A stretch of 64,000 bases of DNA from NCBI GenBank assembly GCA_024704765.1, contig JAKMXF010000066.1, positions 627,854 to 691,853 on the forward strand, given 5' to 3'. Under the pieces are notes generated by a model. The model was given only the letters and a program-made list of their open reading frames with translations, was not told the origin of the DNA and ran no database searches. Both the position numbers and the translations under genes were made by a program. This DNA comes from Oopsacas minuta. Its lineage: Eukaryota; Animalia; Porifera. Of this stretch, positions 1 to 28,080 are shown piece after piece. How positions within the stretch are numbered: position 1 is the stretch's first letter; each line of letters begins with the position of its first letter.

Positions 1-40
1 TTGTTTGTTTGTGGTTGGTTGTGGTTCAACAATGAATTAC

Positions 41-1079
41 CCCAGTGACAGAAATCTGAAGATATCACAAACAAGTTATCAGGATTCTCTAAATAAGGAG
101 ATAAGATCTTCCCATACTGTATACCCTTATCACCCTTCAGTTCTCCAACCATAATAGGAACTAATGTAAAGCTAGACTTCTTGCTATAGAATAATATATT
201 ATAATTAATACGAAGGAGACATTTCTTAGAACAGTCAACTCCCGTGATATCTGTACAATATAATACTTCTATATAAACGGGTAATTGGATATAAAGTGAG
301 TTAGCTGTATAATACCTTTCCATAACTTTAGCTATGAATGATAACTGCATTTCTATACTGTGTTCTTCCTCATCAACAGATAAATCTAATCTCTTAAATT
401 CTCCAGTCTTAATTAATACATCAATTACTGAAGGAATATAAATGTCAATGCAAAGTTATAACTTAATTATGAATTAGTACCTTCTGTATCTATTTTTAGA
501 TCGTATAAAGGTGTTTGGTATACTTCAGCAGGAGTAATCCCACAACCTGTAAGATACACGTGGTGAGATGGTCCTAGTATAAACACTCTCTTCCTATACA
601 CAAACAAAATATATGGAATTGAAACTAAATAACAAAATGCACTTGTGTGAACTCAATAATTATACTCACACAGATTCTGGGATTATTTGTTTGAATGCGA
701 ATGCTGCTGTAGCTCCACAGAAACGGTAGCCAGCATGACTTTATAGAGTTAAGGAAACAAACATAGAACAGCACATATACACAGTTTATCTTATGAATGA
801 CATAATAAATCGGAGCAGAAATTACTTTCAAATAATTAAAAAACAGTCAACTCCTGTTAAATCAAAATACCCGCTTATTTCTAAGTAATTATTGCGGTTC
901 CTATACTGTGAGTTGATAGGAGGATACGGTGATATAATAGCTCTAGCAGGAGACAGAGTTAATTCTGCTTGATTCAACCATTGAGTCAGCTCGTTATCAA
1001 GACTACGAGCATCTGATTGATACCAGCTCCCTGCATGTGTAGCTCTTCTACAGATTAGCTTACCTTCTCTACTTGCCAT
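41..1079 (-). CDS. MEMO1: Protein MEMO1, exons 1-5 (3' end lies beyond window start)
   Basis: Hand-spliced with GT-AG boundaries. Reads [20 protein letters not shown]...[14 protein letters not shown].../[11 protein letters not shown]...[11 protein letters not shown]/...[11 protein letters not shown].../...[12 protein letters not shown], which contains the diagnostic MEMO1 motifs. Confidence 0.95.
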
Positions 1080-1366
1080 TAAGCTACAGTATTATTATAC
1101 AGCGGATGTTGGTTATAAGAATATGTATTGCTACTCCCAGGGGCGACAACGGTCCATTCTCAATCAATAATATATAAATAATCATTTAGTGATTAATTAC
1201 AAACATTTCTAATCACACTATAATACAAATAACAACAATCATAAGCCAGTCAGAATTAAAGACAAGAATTTGTATATACAAATATACAATCAGTAAAATA
1301 ATACGTATCTCCTGACAGAGATCAAACTCTTGAGTGGGACAGGTATAGTAGAAATGAAAAGTCTAT

Positions 1367-17480
<16,114 letters not shown>

Positions 17481-17960
17481 CAATAGTCAACAACAACAAA
17501 TAATTTCTAATGAATTTTAGGATCAATATTTCTATTAGATTTATACAAGTTTATTATTAGGCAACAGTCCTACTCAATTTAACCTAATTGTAATCGATAC
17601 ATCTAGTCTAGGCCTAGAGATTCTAGTTATCATTTTGAAATATTAGTAGATCAATTCTTTCCATTGAAAGCAAGTTGTTAGGAACCTTATTTGGTGCTAT
17701 AATTCAAATGTAAGACATTTATGTGAGAATAGCAACTTCTTTAAGTCAAATATTGAGCAATTCTTTAGCTATTGTAGTTTCTGTATTGTTATTACTCAAT
17801 ATATGTTAGAGCAATTTTAAGCAATTATACGACCTTTAAAATATGTCAATCCTGGTTTCGATCCTATTAATGTCCTTAAGGAATTTCTATGTTCTAAAGT
17901 CTCTTCTTGTCTAATTATACTTAAATCACATAAATATCAAGTTTATTAAATGTTACAATA

Positions 17961-18063
17961 GAGTCAACTCCTGCTTATATTGAATCTCAATTGTCCGGGA
18001 TAATTACTTCAATATAAGCAGGTATTTCCATGTATATGTATTCAATATAACTGGAGTTGACTG
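17961..18063. mobile_element. MITE (CAGTCAACTCC family)
   Basis: Inverted ends GAGTCAACTCCTGCTTATATTGAA / TTCAATATAACTGGAGTTGACTG. Confidence 0.7.
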
Positions 18064-18178
18064 GATTTCTAAATGAAACTATTAAACTGCAATTTCTTCA
18101 TTTCTAATTCTATTATCCAATAATACAAGTAAATTGAGTGTTTGCCCATGCAATACAATTATCAAATAGTATTGTAGA

Positions 18179-19252
18179 CTATAGCAAATAATCTTCCTGA
18201 TGATATAACTCAGTCAAATATCTGTAAACATAAAAAGGAGCAATACCTTCCTTCTGATTAATATACAGCTGTACTAGATCAGGAGGGACATAGTCAAACA
18301 CAGGATTATATACTTGTACACCGTTCATACGAGCATGCTGACCCTCACTCATAATATCCATTGGACTAACACATTTATTGAATGAATCATGGTTATAGTA
18401 GCAAGGATAATCTGGCGATAGTTTATGCAATGCAGCACATACTATTACTGGTACTGAATGGAATTTGGCAGCCATTGCAAGAGTATGTGCGCCATTTAAT
18501 GCTTTCAATCCTCCGTCAGCAAGTACTGTATGTGTGCCTATTATAACTTTATTGACACGAGACATCATAGCGAATATTGCACTGTCAGTCATCAGTGTAG
18601 TCTCAATATTAGCTTCAGCTAGCTTAGCAGCCATTTCTTGCCCTTGGTATGTAGGAGCACATTCCGCAACCATCACTTGAAAATGTCTCTTTTTGGAAGC
18701 TTTCATCAGAAATGCCAAAACAGTTTTGGAGTAACCTAGTGTCATAATAATTTCCCCCGCGTGAATATGCTCAAATGCTTGTTGTGCTATATTAGCAGTA
18801 GAGTCATTAATCTCATCGATAAGATCTTGTATTTGATTTATAATTATGCCAGCTGGTATACCCATTTTATACTCTTCAACTACTTCCGGTTGACTTAAGC
18901 TGTGAAGAGAGAAAGTCTCCATTTCATCTGGTTTAGTTCCTTTTTGTATTGTTTGATATTCTTCCTTCATTAACTTTAAAATACGTCTAATTACGTTAGC
19001 AGTATGTGTTTCGGATGGTTGAGCTTCTAGCAACACACGGCCAAGTGTACGGAGCTTATCGAGTAGGTCTTTCGTCGATTCCCATTTAGTTTTCTTCCCT
19101 ACAAGTTCTCGAACAAGCTTCAATGTATCTAGAGCTACAACCTGCGAGCTCTTGAAACGATCTTTGTATTTTAGTTTTTGAATTAGATCTTGTAATCCGT
19201 CAGATATATTCTCCAAACATGAAGGCACTATTGTATTACTCTCAGCACACAT
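18179..19252 (-). CDS. EIF2B2: Translation initiation factor eIF2B subunit beta, intronless
   Basis: QPSETHTANVIRRILK, QAFEHIHAGEIIMTLGYSKTVLAFL, VMVAECAP, DSAIFAMMSRVNKVIIGTHTVLADGGL, NPVFDYVPP. Confidence 0.95.
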   Translation of the reverse strand: MCAESNTIVPSCLENISDGLQDLIQKLKYKDRFKSSQVVALDTLKLVRELVGKKTKWESTKDLLDKLRTLGRVLLEAQPSETHTANVIRRILKLMKEEYQTIQKGTKPDEMETFSLHSLSQPEVVEEYKMGIPAGIIINQIQDLIDEINDSTANIAQQAFEHIHAGEIIMTLGYSKTVLAFLMKASKKRHFQVMVAECAPTYQGQEMAAKLAEANIETTLMTDSAIFAMMSRVNKVIIGTHTVLADGGLKALNGAHTLAMAAKFHSVPVIVCAALHKLSPDYPCYYNHDSFNKCVSPMDIMSEGQHARMNGVQVYNPVFDYVPPDLVQLYINQKEGIAPFYVYRYLTELYHQEDYLL

Positions 19253-19311
19253 TTACTCTGAAAATAAAGTCAATACAGAAATCATGGAGAAATACACATA
19301 TATTGAGTGTA

Positions 19312-19386
19312 TAGGGGTGTTCGCCTAATAGCAAGTTGGCGTATTAGCAAGGGAAAATACGACTTGCTAATAGGTGAACTCCACAG
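19312..19386. mobile_element. Short MITE (GGAGTTCACCTATTAGCAAG family)
   Basis: Imperfect inverted ends GTTCGCCTAATAGCAAG / CTTGCTAATAGGTGAAC. A related copy lies at about 13885-13945. Confidence 0.6.
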
Positions 19387-19521
19387 TTGTATCAAATTCG
19401 AAACGATAATATTAACAAATAAAATTATAGGTTATTCTAACATGTAAAAATAGTTAAGTGAAGCGTTATTAACTGGTACAAGTAAGGATGCTAGAGATTA
19501 GTCTTTTATTAGAAATAAATA

Positions 19522-22206
19522 TTATCTGTGTTTATCAATAACTTCCTTCTTAAGTTTAGCAGATAAAGCTCTTCTAAATCTCTTTGCATCTTCTGCCATC
19601 GCTCTATTTTTCTCGTCTTCTTGGAGGGTAGAGGTAGAGCTGTCTGAAACAAGAGGAATATTTTGAGGAGAAGCAATTTGTTCTGGTTGCTGATCTTTGT
19701 CCGGTTTTCTTTTATTTCTTAAGAGATCACGTTGTCTTTTGAAATGATCTTCTCTGAGAGCTAGATCTTCTTTCGAAGGTTCAGACTAAGAAAATATGAT
19801 TTATACTATATCAGTTATCCTTTTTGCAATGATTCAAAGTTATTAAATATTTTAACGTAAATTTTGTGTAAGTTACGAACTAAAATTATACAGAAAGATG
19901 TCAATTAATACTTCTCCAATATTTTCATATCCAATTATCCCTAGTCAATATTAAATCAGTTACAAAACAACGGTTACTACGAATGGACAAAGGTATGTAC
20001 AAATGGCCCTTATAAAGGTGGATTATGTGGCGTAGCACCGTGATTGTTACCCTCTTAACCTGTTTCCCATATCATGATTGTACCTTTCCTATAGGAGCAA
20101 TTTTCTTAGAAGATTTCCATATACTCTGCTGATCTCTAGCATACTCCACCCATTGTGAAGTTAAGCTATCGGCTGCTTCTACTGGAGATTGTACACGATT
20201 ATCTTCTGCTGTAATGTCTGATAATAGCTCTTTCTCTTCATTGAGCATATCAATGTGCTTCTCTGGAAAATGATCAGTATATTGTTGTTGTTGTTGTTGT
20301 GTTGAATGTATTTTGGGTAAAACTTGACTTGTGAGTTTTTCTGTAGAGATAGGAGGGATGCTTTTATCAGGAACCTTTGTTTGATTTTCAGTTTCTATGA
20401 AGAAATCAAAATCTTCTGAGATATTTTTAACAGATTCAACTTTTTCTTGTTGATAAGAAATTTCTTCATTAGGAGCTGTTGGGGCAAAAGGTTCGATTTC
20501 TGACTGATCCAAAGTTGGATATAGCTTATTCTGTTGTATTGGCTTATCTATGAAAAAACCAACCATCTTAAAATATAAAAAGTATGAAAACTCAATTTAG
20601 AAAATTTCATCCAGGTGCATGACTACTTCAAGTTAAAATATTACCTGTATGTTCGAAGAGATTTAACTGATCAATCTGTAATCTACTATCTTCCAGTTCA
20701 ACACCTATATTACACTTGATAGCTTCCTGTTGTTCCCTCACTTCATTATCAAATTGCTGTGGATCAGTTGATAATTGTGTTACAAATGTCTCTACAGCTT
20801 CAAAGCTAATCAGCTGTTTAGGTCTTATCGTGTCTTCTATAAAGTAATTAGAGTTAGAAAAATGTCTATATTTTTGTTCAATCATTAATTTTCGGCTTAC
20901 GATTAGTTCGTGTCTGCAGCAAGCGCCCCTCAGGCATCTGCTTAGATATCTTTAAACTCTCTGATATGTCAGACATTTTACCTTTCACTAGAGAGTTTGA
21001 GAGATATCGTTTAGATATTAGAAACGGTCTATATTTTATCACAATCTACACACATATTTCAAGTTTATAGCTCTTACCAGTTCCTCAATCAATTCGAAAA
21101 ATAAGGTTCAAATAATTCTATTAACATACTCACCTTGATATTCCTCTTGTTCAGGATAAGGAGGCGGTGGCGTGTCTATATTCCTGATATCAGAAGGATT
21201 AGAGCTCATAGCTTGTTGTTGTTGACGTGAGGAAGGAGTTAACATTCCATAACGCTCAAGAATGTCCATAGCACTGTTATTCAGCTCTATATTTTTCTGA
21301 ACCATGGTGTCCTTGAATTTCAAGAAGTTATCCACAGCTTCTATGTGCTTAAACGCATTCTATAACAAATTTGATTGATATATATCACTGGTGATAATCA
21401 ATAATTGTATCCCAGATATAATAGTATAATATATATAATTATCTCCTCTACGTTTCAATTGCAGATGTATTCATGTATGTATTTGAAGGGTTATATATTA
21501 CTAAAAAGAAATGTACTATGGATTGACTATGGATACTATTGGATAGGAAAATAACTTACTTTGAGAGCCAGCTTATTGACACCTTGATGTTCGTTAATAT
21601 CTAAAGATAGCGCAGATGCGAAATCATTTGGATGTATTCCTGTATCATTCATAAATTTTCCAAGTTGAGAGTCAATCTAAATATTATATACATTTACAGA
21701 CACATGCTTTACATATGTAAAGTATTGCAATAGTTATATACACGTAAATACGTATGGAAAATGAACATTATAATATGATACAGAAAAACCGAATATTTTA
21801 GAGTCCTTGCACGGAAAATTGTCAAAATATCAGTTTTTATTGTAGTAAATAGCTCACAAGTTTCCCGTAATCCTGGTGCACTTCTGTATAAGAGAATTTA
21901 TTCTCTTCGCTTGAATCAAACACTAAAATGCATAAATATCGGACATTAAATGAATAATAATATACACAATATAGTGAATGCTGGTTATAAGAACCTGTAT
22001 TGCTACTCTCAAGGGTTCTCATGACCAGTATCTCAAGGGTTCTTTATAACCAGCACTCTACTGTACTGTATTCAGTCATTACCTAAGCATCGATCCTCAA
22101 TGAATTGCAAGATAGGTTCAGAGAAGAGAGAAGAGCAAATATATTGAATTACACTATCAATTACCCAATCCTGAAGTTTGCTTTCTTTTGGCTTAAAAAT
22201 ATTCAT
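19522..22206 (-). CDS. CFAP36: Cilia- and flagella-associated protein 36 (BART domain), 7 exons
   Basis: Spliced MNIFKP...DWVIDSVIQY...PILQFIEDRCL/VFDSSEENKFSYTEVHQDYGKL/IDSQLGKF.../...DNFLKFKDTMVQKNIEL...; last exon ...REDHFKRQRD...RRALSAKLKKEVIDKHR*. Intron phases are consistent. Confidence 0.9.
21972..22063. mobile_element. MITE (CAGTGGATGCTGGTTATAAG family) in CFAP36 intron 1
   Basis: Inverted ends GTGAATGCTGGTTATAA / TTATAACCAGCACTCTAC. Related copies or fragments at 1100, 39567, 44851 and 53610. Confidence 0.7.
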
Positions 22207-22647
22207 CTAGAATTACAAACAAAAACAACTTACTGATTAGGCACATTTTTGTGACAATCATAGGGTCAATCATAGAACCAGACAATTTGGAATTATCTCA
22301 TTTATTATTAGCTATTTTACTAATAATCAGTTTAACTCCCATAATTCGACATAAACTCTAACCTCAGGAATATTAGGGAATTACAATAAATATACCTACC
22401 ATAATTAGGGGCATTATACTTACAATAAATACGGAGTATTTATTTTAGAAATATTTTGAAAATGTGACTGACGCGTTGCTAATTAATATTTAAATATATA
22501 CTAATACTTAATAGGATAAATAATATGAATAATCTTCAATTTACAACATATAAACATATCTGTTTACAAGATTTCTAAAATTCAAACGAATAAACAAAAA
22601 TAAAAGCTTTTAACCAAATTTGAAATGAAGAGTCATAGAATTGTAAT

Positions 22648-25600
22648 TCATAATTTGTCGAAGTCAACTGATCTCACGTTTGCCATCTGAGAATATTCAC
22701 TAAACCGAAATAAATATAATAAAAGTGAAATAGAAGACACAGTTATAACAAACGTACATTATATAACAGGTAACTATAATCGTGAAAGCGTTAATTGGCC
22801 GCACATATGTTAAAACAGAAATTCAAAATATTCACGCGAGGAACGTTTCTATTTCAAAATAATCATAATATTTTGGCGGGCATTCTAATTACAATAGAAC
22901 CTCTTAATACGAATTTCCGGAATAGAGGACTATCCGCTGGTGTTAACGAGATACAAGTACATCTATTAGGAAGCTAGGAGAAAGCGGATTTCTCTACAAT
23001 ATGTGAGAACATGAATAAACTTACCGAATTATCATTTCTACCATTTCATCAGCTGTTCTAAATTTATCATAATTAACTCTTATAACCGGAATAATCCGAC
23101 TAATATCTTCAATAAACGATTCATAAGCTATATACAATCTCTGTAGATAATCCAGTGTAATTCCTGACTCACAATCTCTACTACGAGCTTCTATACGTCT
23201 CTTACTCTCTTCTGGTCGTACATCCAGATGGATAATTAAATTTGGCTTTTTCCTAAAGTAAGAATGCAAATAATCGCAGAGAAATTATATGTGTTTTAAA
23301 ATCTATAAAAATTGCATTACTCATTAGACTTTAAAGGATTATTACGTGTTAATAACAACTAATATTAATCTATCTACTATTTCCAATTTTAGAATGATAT
23401 TTACAGCAATTGAATTATCTAAAAATAGTATCAAAAGAAATCTTGCGATTTTGTATATGCCAGTAATATATGTTTGAACGATTATGAAGATTTTCGATTT
23501 TTCCTGGTCATCTGCTGAGGATAAACTGAGATTTGATTAACAAACCAAAAATTATGTATTTGGAAAACAACGTGTCCCCAGTAGGATTATGAATAATATT
23601 ATAAAATACAATTGGAATATTGTTATGTGGGGAAGTATGTAGGAAGTAAACGCAGGAAAGGAATTTTTATACACACATAAAATTGGACATATTGCTAAAG
23701 AGAGATCTGTAAGTATGATATTCCCTCTCTTCCATAAGCCCATCGTCTTTAAGGACTTTAGCAAATACAGAATCTTCATAAATTGTTCTATCTTGTACGC
23801 CGCCTTGTCCTTGCCAAATAATCTGTTGATGTTGTTGAAACCTTCTATTCAGGAGATATACCTACAAAATATGAATAATAGTAAAAAATATGATGCAACG
23901 AATATCAACATTCGTAATTTCAATACATTTACAGCTTAAAATAGGAATTGAATGTACTTTTCAGTTCAATGATATTAGGGATCTCTAGGCCAGTGTTTCC
24001 TAAAGTTTATTCAGGTTAATAGTTGTAATTAATAAACTGAATAATTCAGCCAAAATCGGGTCGGATATACCGATACTCCGTTATAATGAAGTGATTCTTT
24101 ATCCCTATAGCTCGAAAGTAATTGATTTTACTCCGCTTATAGCGAAATGAAACCGGGGTCCCGAGCACTCCGTTACGACGCGAGTTGACTGTACAAAAAA
24201 TAACTACTATTTTCTACTTGTAAGGGGAAACTATATCTTTTGGGATCTTTGTAGAAATCTGCTAAATAGGCATTGTCAATAACAGGTTCATTAAAGCAGG
24301 GTAAAGACATCTTCTCGGCAAGTTTGGTGGCCAAAGTTGTTTTGCCAGCACCTAATTAAAGATGGATAGAATTAATAAATTACCAAAAAAGGAAATCCTG
24401 AGAAATATTTTTGGAAATGAAAGCACATTTAAATGGTCATTAATGAATTAGATAAATCCACAAAGGTAAAAATATGAAAATATAAACTAAGGAAGCGGAA
24501 ACTTGTTTAGTTCCAATTTATAGTTTCAATTATATTTACAGAGTTATTATCGCTTAAAAGAACGAAAAAGGATTACAAGTTATTGTAGGTTATTCCTATT
24601 ACAGTACAACCATATACTGATGGATAGACTTTGTATTATATTACAAGTAGATCAAGTTTTATCATAAACTAATGGTTGTGGTTATGTTAATAAGCTGGGA
24701 AAGCCCTGAGGGTATGTCACCTGGACATGCAAACGAGAAGTTACAAAAAAAGATTGAAATATTGGGTAAGTTAATTTTCAGGTTAATAGATTAATCTGAA
24801 AATTATTTAATTTCTCTAACCCTAACTAATGTTTGCTTCATAGGTAAGTAAGGTCATAAACTTAATGATTAATTAAGATATCAGAGAGCTTAGCGGGTTA
24901 TTAATAAAATTCTTATATTGCGCGATTTCCTTAAATAATTTTGCTAACGAGCATTTTAAAGCTTCTCAGAATAGATTTCTTTATACATTTTGTGATATTA
25001 TAGGAGGTAAGATTCTTGGAAAATGGGACGTGGATTGTGAAGTATACTCCTCACTGAATGGAATAGTTGGACTAAGTGATACACAAACTACACAACCAGC
25101 AAATCTAGGTGGTGCTACTGCCCCCCAGCAAGCTATATACGTGCTTCACAATTCGAATTATAGCCTTTCAACCTTTGCAATTCTAGAAGACAACACTGTA
25201 CTAATTGCTGATTCTAGTTTTGATCAGTTTATGCCTCACATGAAAGTATTCTACAAAAAAGGTAAACGTACCGATCAAAAGAAATTCTTTGCCTTGAAAT
25301 TGTACATTATTCTAGATAATTTATATAGGACAGAGGAGCGATGCAAAGGGAAACCGATACGAATTGAATGAATTCATAATAAAGACAGGAGTAGCAACAT
25401 TCGGTGGAAGTCAACAAAAAATACTGCTATTAGAAATAACATATCTACTGAGTGACTATGTGCATGAAAGTATTGGGATTATTAGGGAATTGGCAAAGTT
25501 GTTACTTGACAATTCATTTCCTGGAATAGAAACTCCAATAACTGTGAGAGAAGATAAGAAATTCTCTCCTTCAGACTTGTTGCTACAATATAAAGCTCTA

Positions 25601-25943
25601 TTCTCACACGTCAAAAAGCCGAGTACTGTCAAATAACATATTTGAAGAACTTAGAGTTTGATTATTATTTACATAGAAATGTTAATTACTTTGTTATGTC
25701 AATAAATAAAATGCATCTAAATTGCACTAACTTGGGTGTTACGAGCAATGTACTAATCTTCTAGGAATAAATTTATAACATTCGGTCAATAACAACAACT
25801 ACAAACTTACCAATTAATCCTGATATGGAGATAAATATATCTTTTGTGCTTGCCACTTGATCGAGTGTCAAGAGATCTGAAGATCTGGGAATTGCAGAAT
25901 CTGAAATAGTTGGAGTATTTTCTTCAGGTTTTTCTGCTGTCAT
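22648..25943 (-). CDS. Deoxynucleoside kinase (dNK family, DRTIYED type), 5 exons
   Basis: ISISGLIG/AGKTTLATKLA (P-loop split by intron 1), FNEPVIDNAYLADFYKDPKRYSFPLQ/VYLLNRRF...QDRTIYEDSVFAK.../KPNLIIHLDV...IEARSRDCE (lid).../EYSQMANVRSVDFDKL*. Confidence 0.9.
24672..25636 (+). CDS. MED20: Mediator subunit 20, 3 exons, nested antisense in intron 1 (24352-25810) of the kinase gene
   Basis: MVVVMLISWESPEG...KKIEILG/GKILGKWDVDCEVY...IYVLHNSNYSLSTFAILE...LIADSSFD...K/GQRSDAKGNRYELNEFIIKTGVAT...LLLQYKALF. Confidence 0.9.
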
Positions 25944-26447
25944 TATAACTAATACGTATTCAAAATGTTGTATAATAATCAGTCGAGCTTCCTCGGGGAA
26001 CAAAACTTAGCACATACTAACCAAGGTACGTTTTATCTTTGATTATCCGCTTTGGAGAAAAGTACGTACTAATCAAGGCTGAAACCAACCGAACCGAAAA
26101 TCAATATTCATGAATTGTTGTCTTACCGAATACGAATACTGATATTCGGCAATTAATCAAAAGTACTTCTTAAGCAGAGTTCGTACTAACAGAGTTCTAT
26201 TGTATTAAAGTCAATTGAGGAGGGAAAGATCTCTAACTACATTATTTGTGCTAATGTAAAAGTGATAGATACATAATACATTGAGTAAATTATCTATTTT
26301 AATATGTACAAGAAGAATATAGAAATGCTAATGCATCAATTTTGGATATATTAGAATAGATAATATTATAATCTTTCAGATAATGAATCAATTTTGATTT
26401 CCGATATTCAAGTTTAGCACTCATCAAGAAACACAAAATTAATCAAG

Positions 26448-27290
26448 CTATGTAGATGGATGGATGGGATCAATCCTATCAGGATGGCTTAATACCTGGT
26501 TTGGCTCTTGAGGACTTGTAAATGAAAAGTAGTTAGTTGGCGTCGCTTCAGTATGTAATGCAGATTGCATTGAAGGATGTGGTTGAATTTGGGCAGGATG
26601 TCCGAACTGATTTACTGGAGGCAATTGGTTCTGAAATACGATTGGAGTCATAAATGAAGAGTAATGAGGATGAAGCAACTCTGGTTGCATTGACGGGTGA
26701 GGCTCAATTTGGGTAGAATGTTGGATATTGATGAAATGAGGTATATGCTGTAAGTCAGACATTGCTCGTTTTAGGTGAAATTCATTGTAGAATTTATTTT
26801 CACGTTCGTCCATGTATCTACACACATAAACACCAAAATGGAGATCTTTAATATTACGGATGTCTAAAAAGTTTCTTGTAACATTGGTCAGGTGAAAATC
26901 GTCTTTAGACCAGAAATAATTAATAGCAGACGAGAAAATTCTGAAACTAACATTATCACCAATGAATTTGGTATATATTTGGACGTTCTTTTCGAAAGGC
27001 ATCTTTTCAATCTGTTACTTTAGTCTGTGATAATTATATATCCATTAAGTATTTATAGGAATTACTCATATTGTAACATTGAAAATACAGCAATACACTT
27101 GTTGCTGCTTCTAAATTATTAGCTAATATCTATTTTTGGAACATTGAATCATTGTGAAGCATTTCCATAGTGAGACATTGCCTAGTTTGTGTGTTGTTTG
27201 TAGTTTCAAAATACTGCTGAAAAGACAAAATTATTTCAACCACCAGCAAACCATAAAATTGTTCGAGGATTGTGCAGACGTAATTTTCAT
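26448..27290 (-). pseudogene. Probable decayed gene with an Ig-like domain exon
   Basis: Acceptor-led ORF reads ...NYFWSKDD...FLDIRNIKDLHFGVYVCRY (Ig C-terminal D-x-G-x-Y-x-C-like strand) followed by a P/Q/H-rich tail. The upstream reading frame (27015-27235) contains in-frame stops. Confidence 0.4.
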
Positions 27291-27330
27291 TAAATTAATA
27301 CAGAGTAATTAGGCTATGTAATTTTATATA

Positions 27331-27604
27331 CTTGTTTCTCATCCCCGCCCGTCCCAATTTTTGTCCCCCTTCTGGAAAGATTTTATTTGTATTTTTTCCA
27401 AATTTATGCATAATTCTTTGCTCACAGTGCAATCCACATTTTGCTCCTGTGTATTTAAAAATTCAATATTTTTAAGCCAGAAAGAATGTGATTAGATAAT
27501 CGTAGGGGTGATTTTATTTCACATATTAACTGGCACATAAAAATTACAAATAAAAATACCGTCCGCCGTCCCAGTTTCTGAAGAAATTCCGGATGAGAAA
27601 CAAG
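27331..27604. mobile_element. MITE with TA target duplication
   Basis: Perfect 14-bp TIR CTTGTTTCTCATCC / GGATGAGAAACAAG flanked by TA on both sides. Confidence 0.85.
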
Positions 27605-28080
27605 TAATTAATTCTACATGGCCTTATTGAAAAATAATATTCAACGAATAATTCATTTGAGAAATTTTTCATATTTTAAAACCTGTAAATTATAAAGTTA
27701 GACACTCCATATACACAATGGATATTAATTAAAGCAAATTCGCTTTCCAAAACGTTATACACATTTTGACATGAAGAAAGCGCCAAACAGAAATTCGCCT
27801 CTGAGATAGAATTTGATCTAAAAATATTCGGAATTATAATTCAATTAAATTTCAATAAAGTATTGAAGAGTATTAAATTCCTGAAATATTAACAACTAAT
27901 TAGATTATTTCATAAAGATATGTAATATTCATAATAGTGTCAGTTTATATTGTGTCTCACAGGAAAGTTGTTAAATAGTATTTATGGCCTTTGTGATAAT
28001 ATGAATAATTAACAAACATGTGCGAACTAACCTTTAAGAAGTATAAATAGCAGTTTGAAAGTAATAAATAATACTAAATT

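Noticed and set aside
17500-17950. Protein-like fragments between the ArfGAP ATG and EIF2B2
   Set aside because: Multiple stops in every frame, no recognisable motif, and no gene nearby that needs these exons.
21108-21335. PPPPY in CFAP36 as part of the PY-protein system
   Set aside because: It is in a soluble conserved ciliary protein outside the array; an isolated motif.
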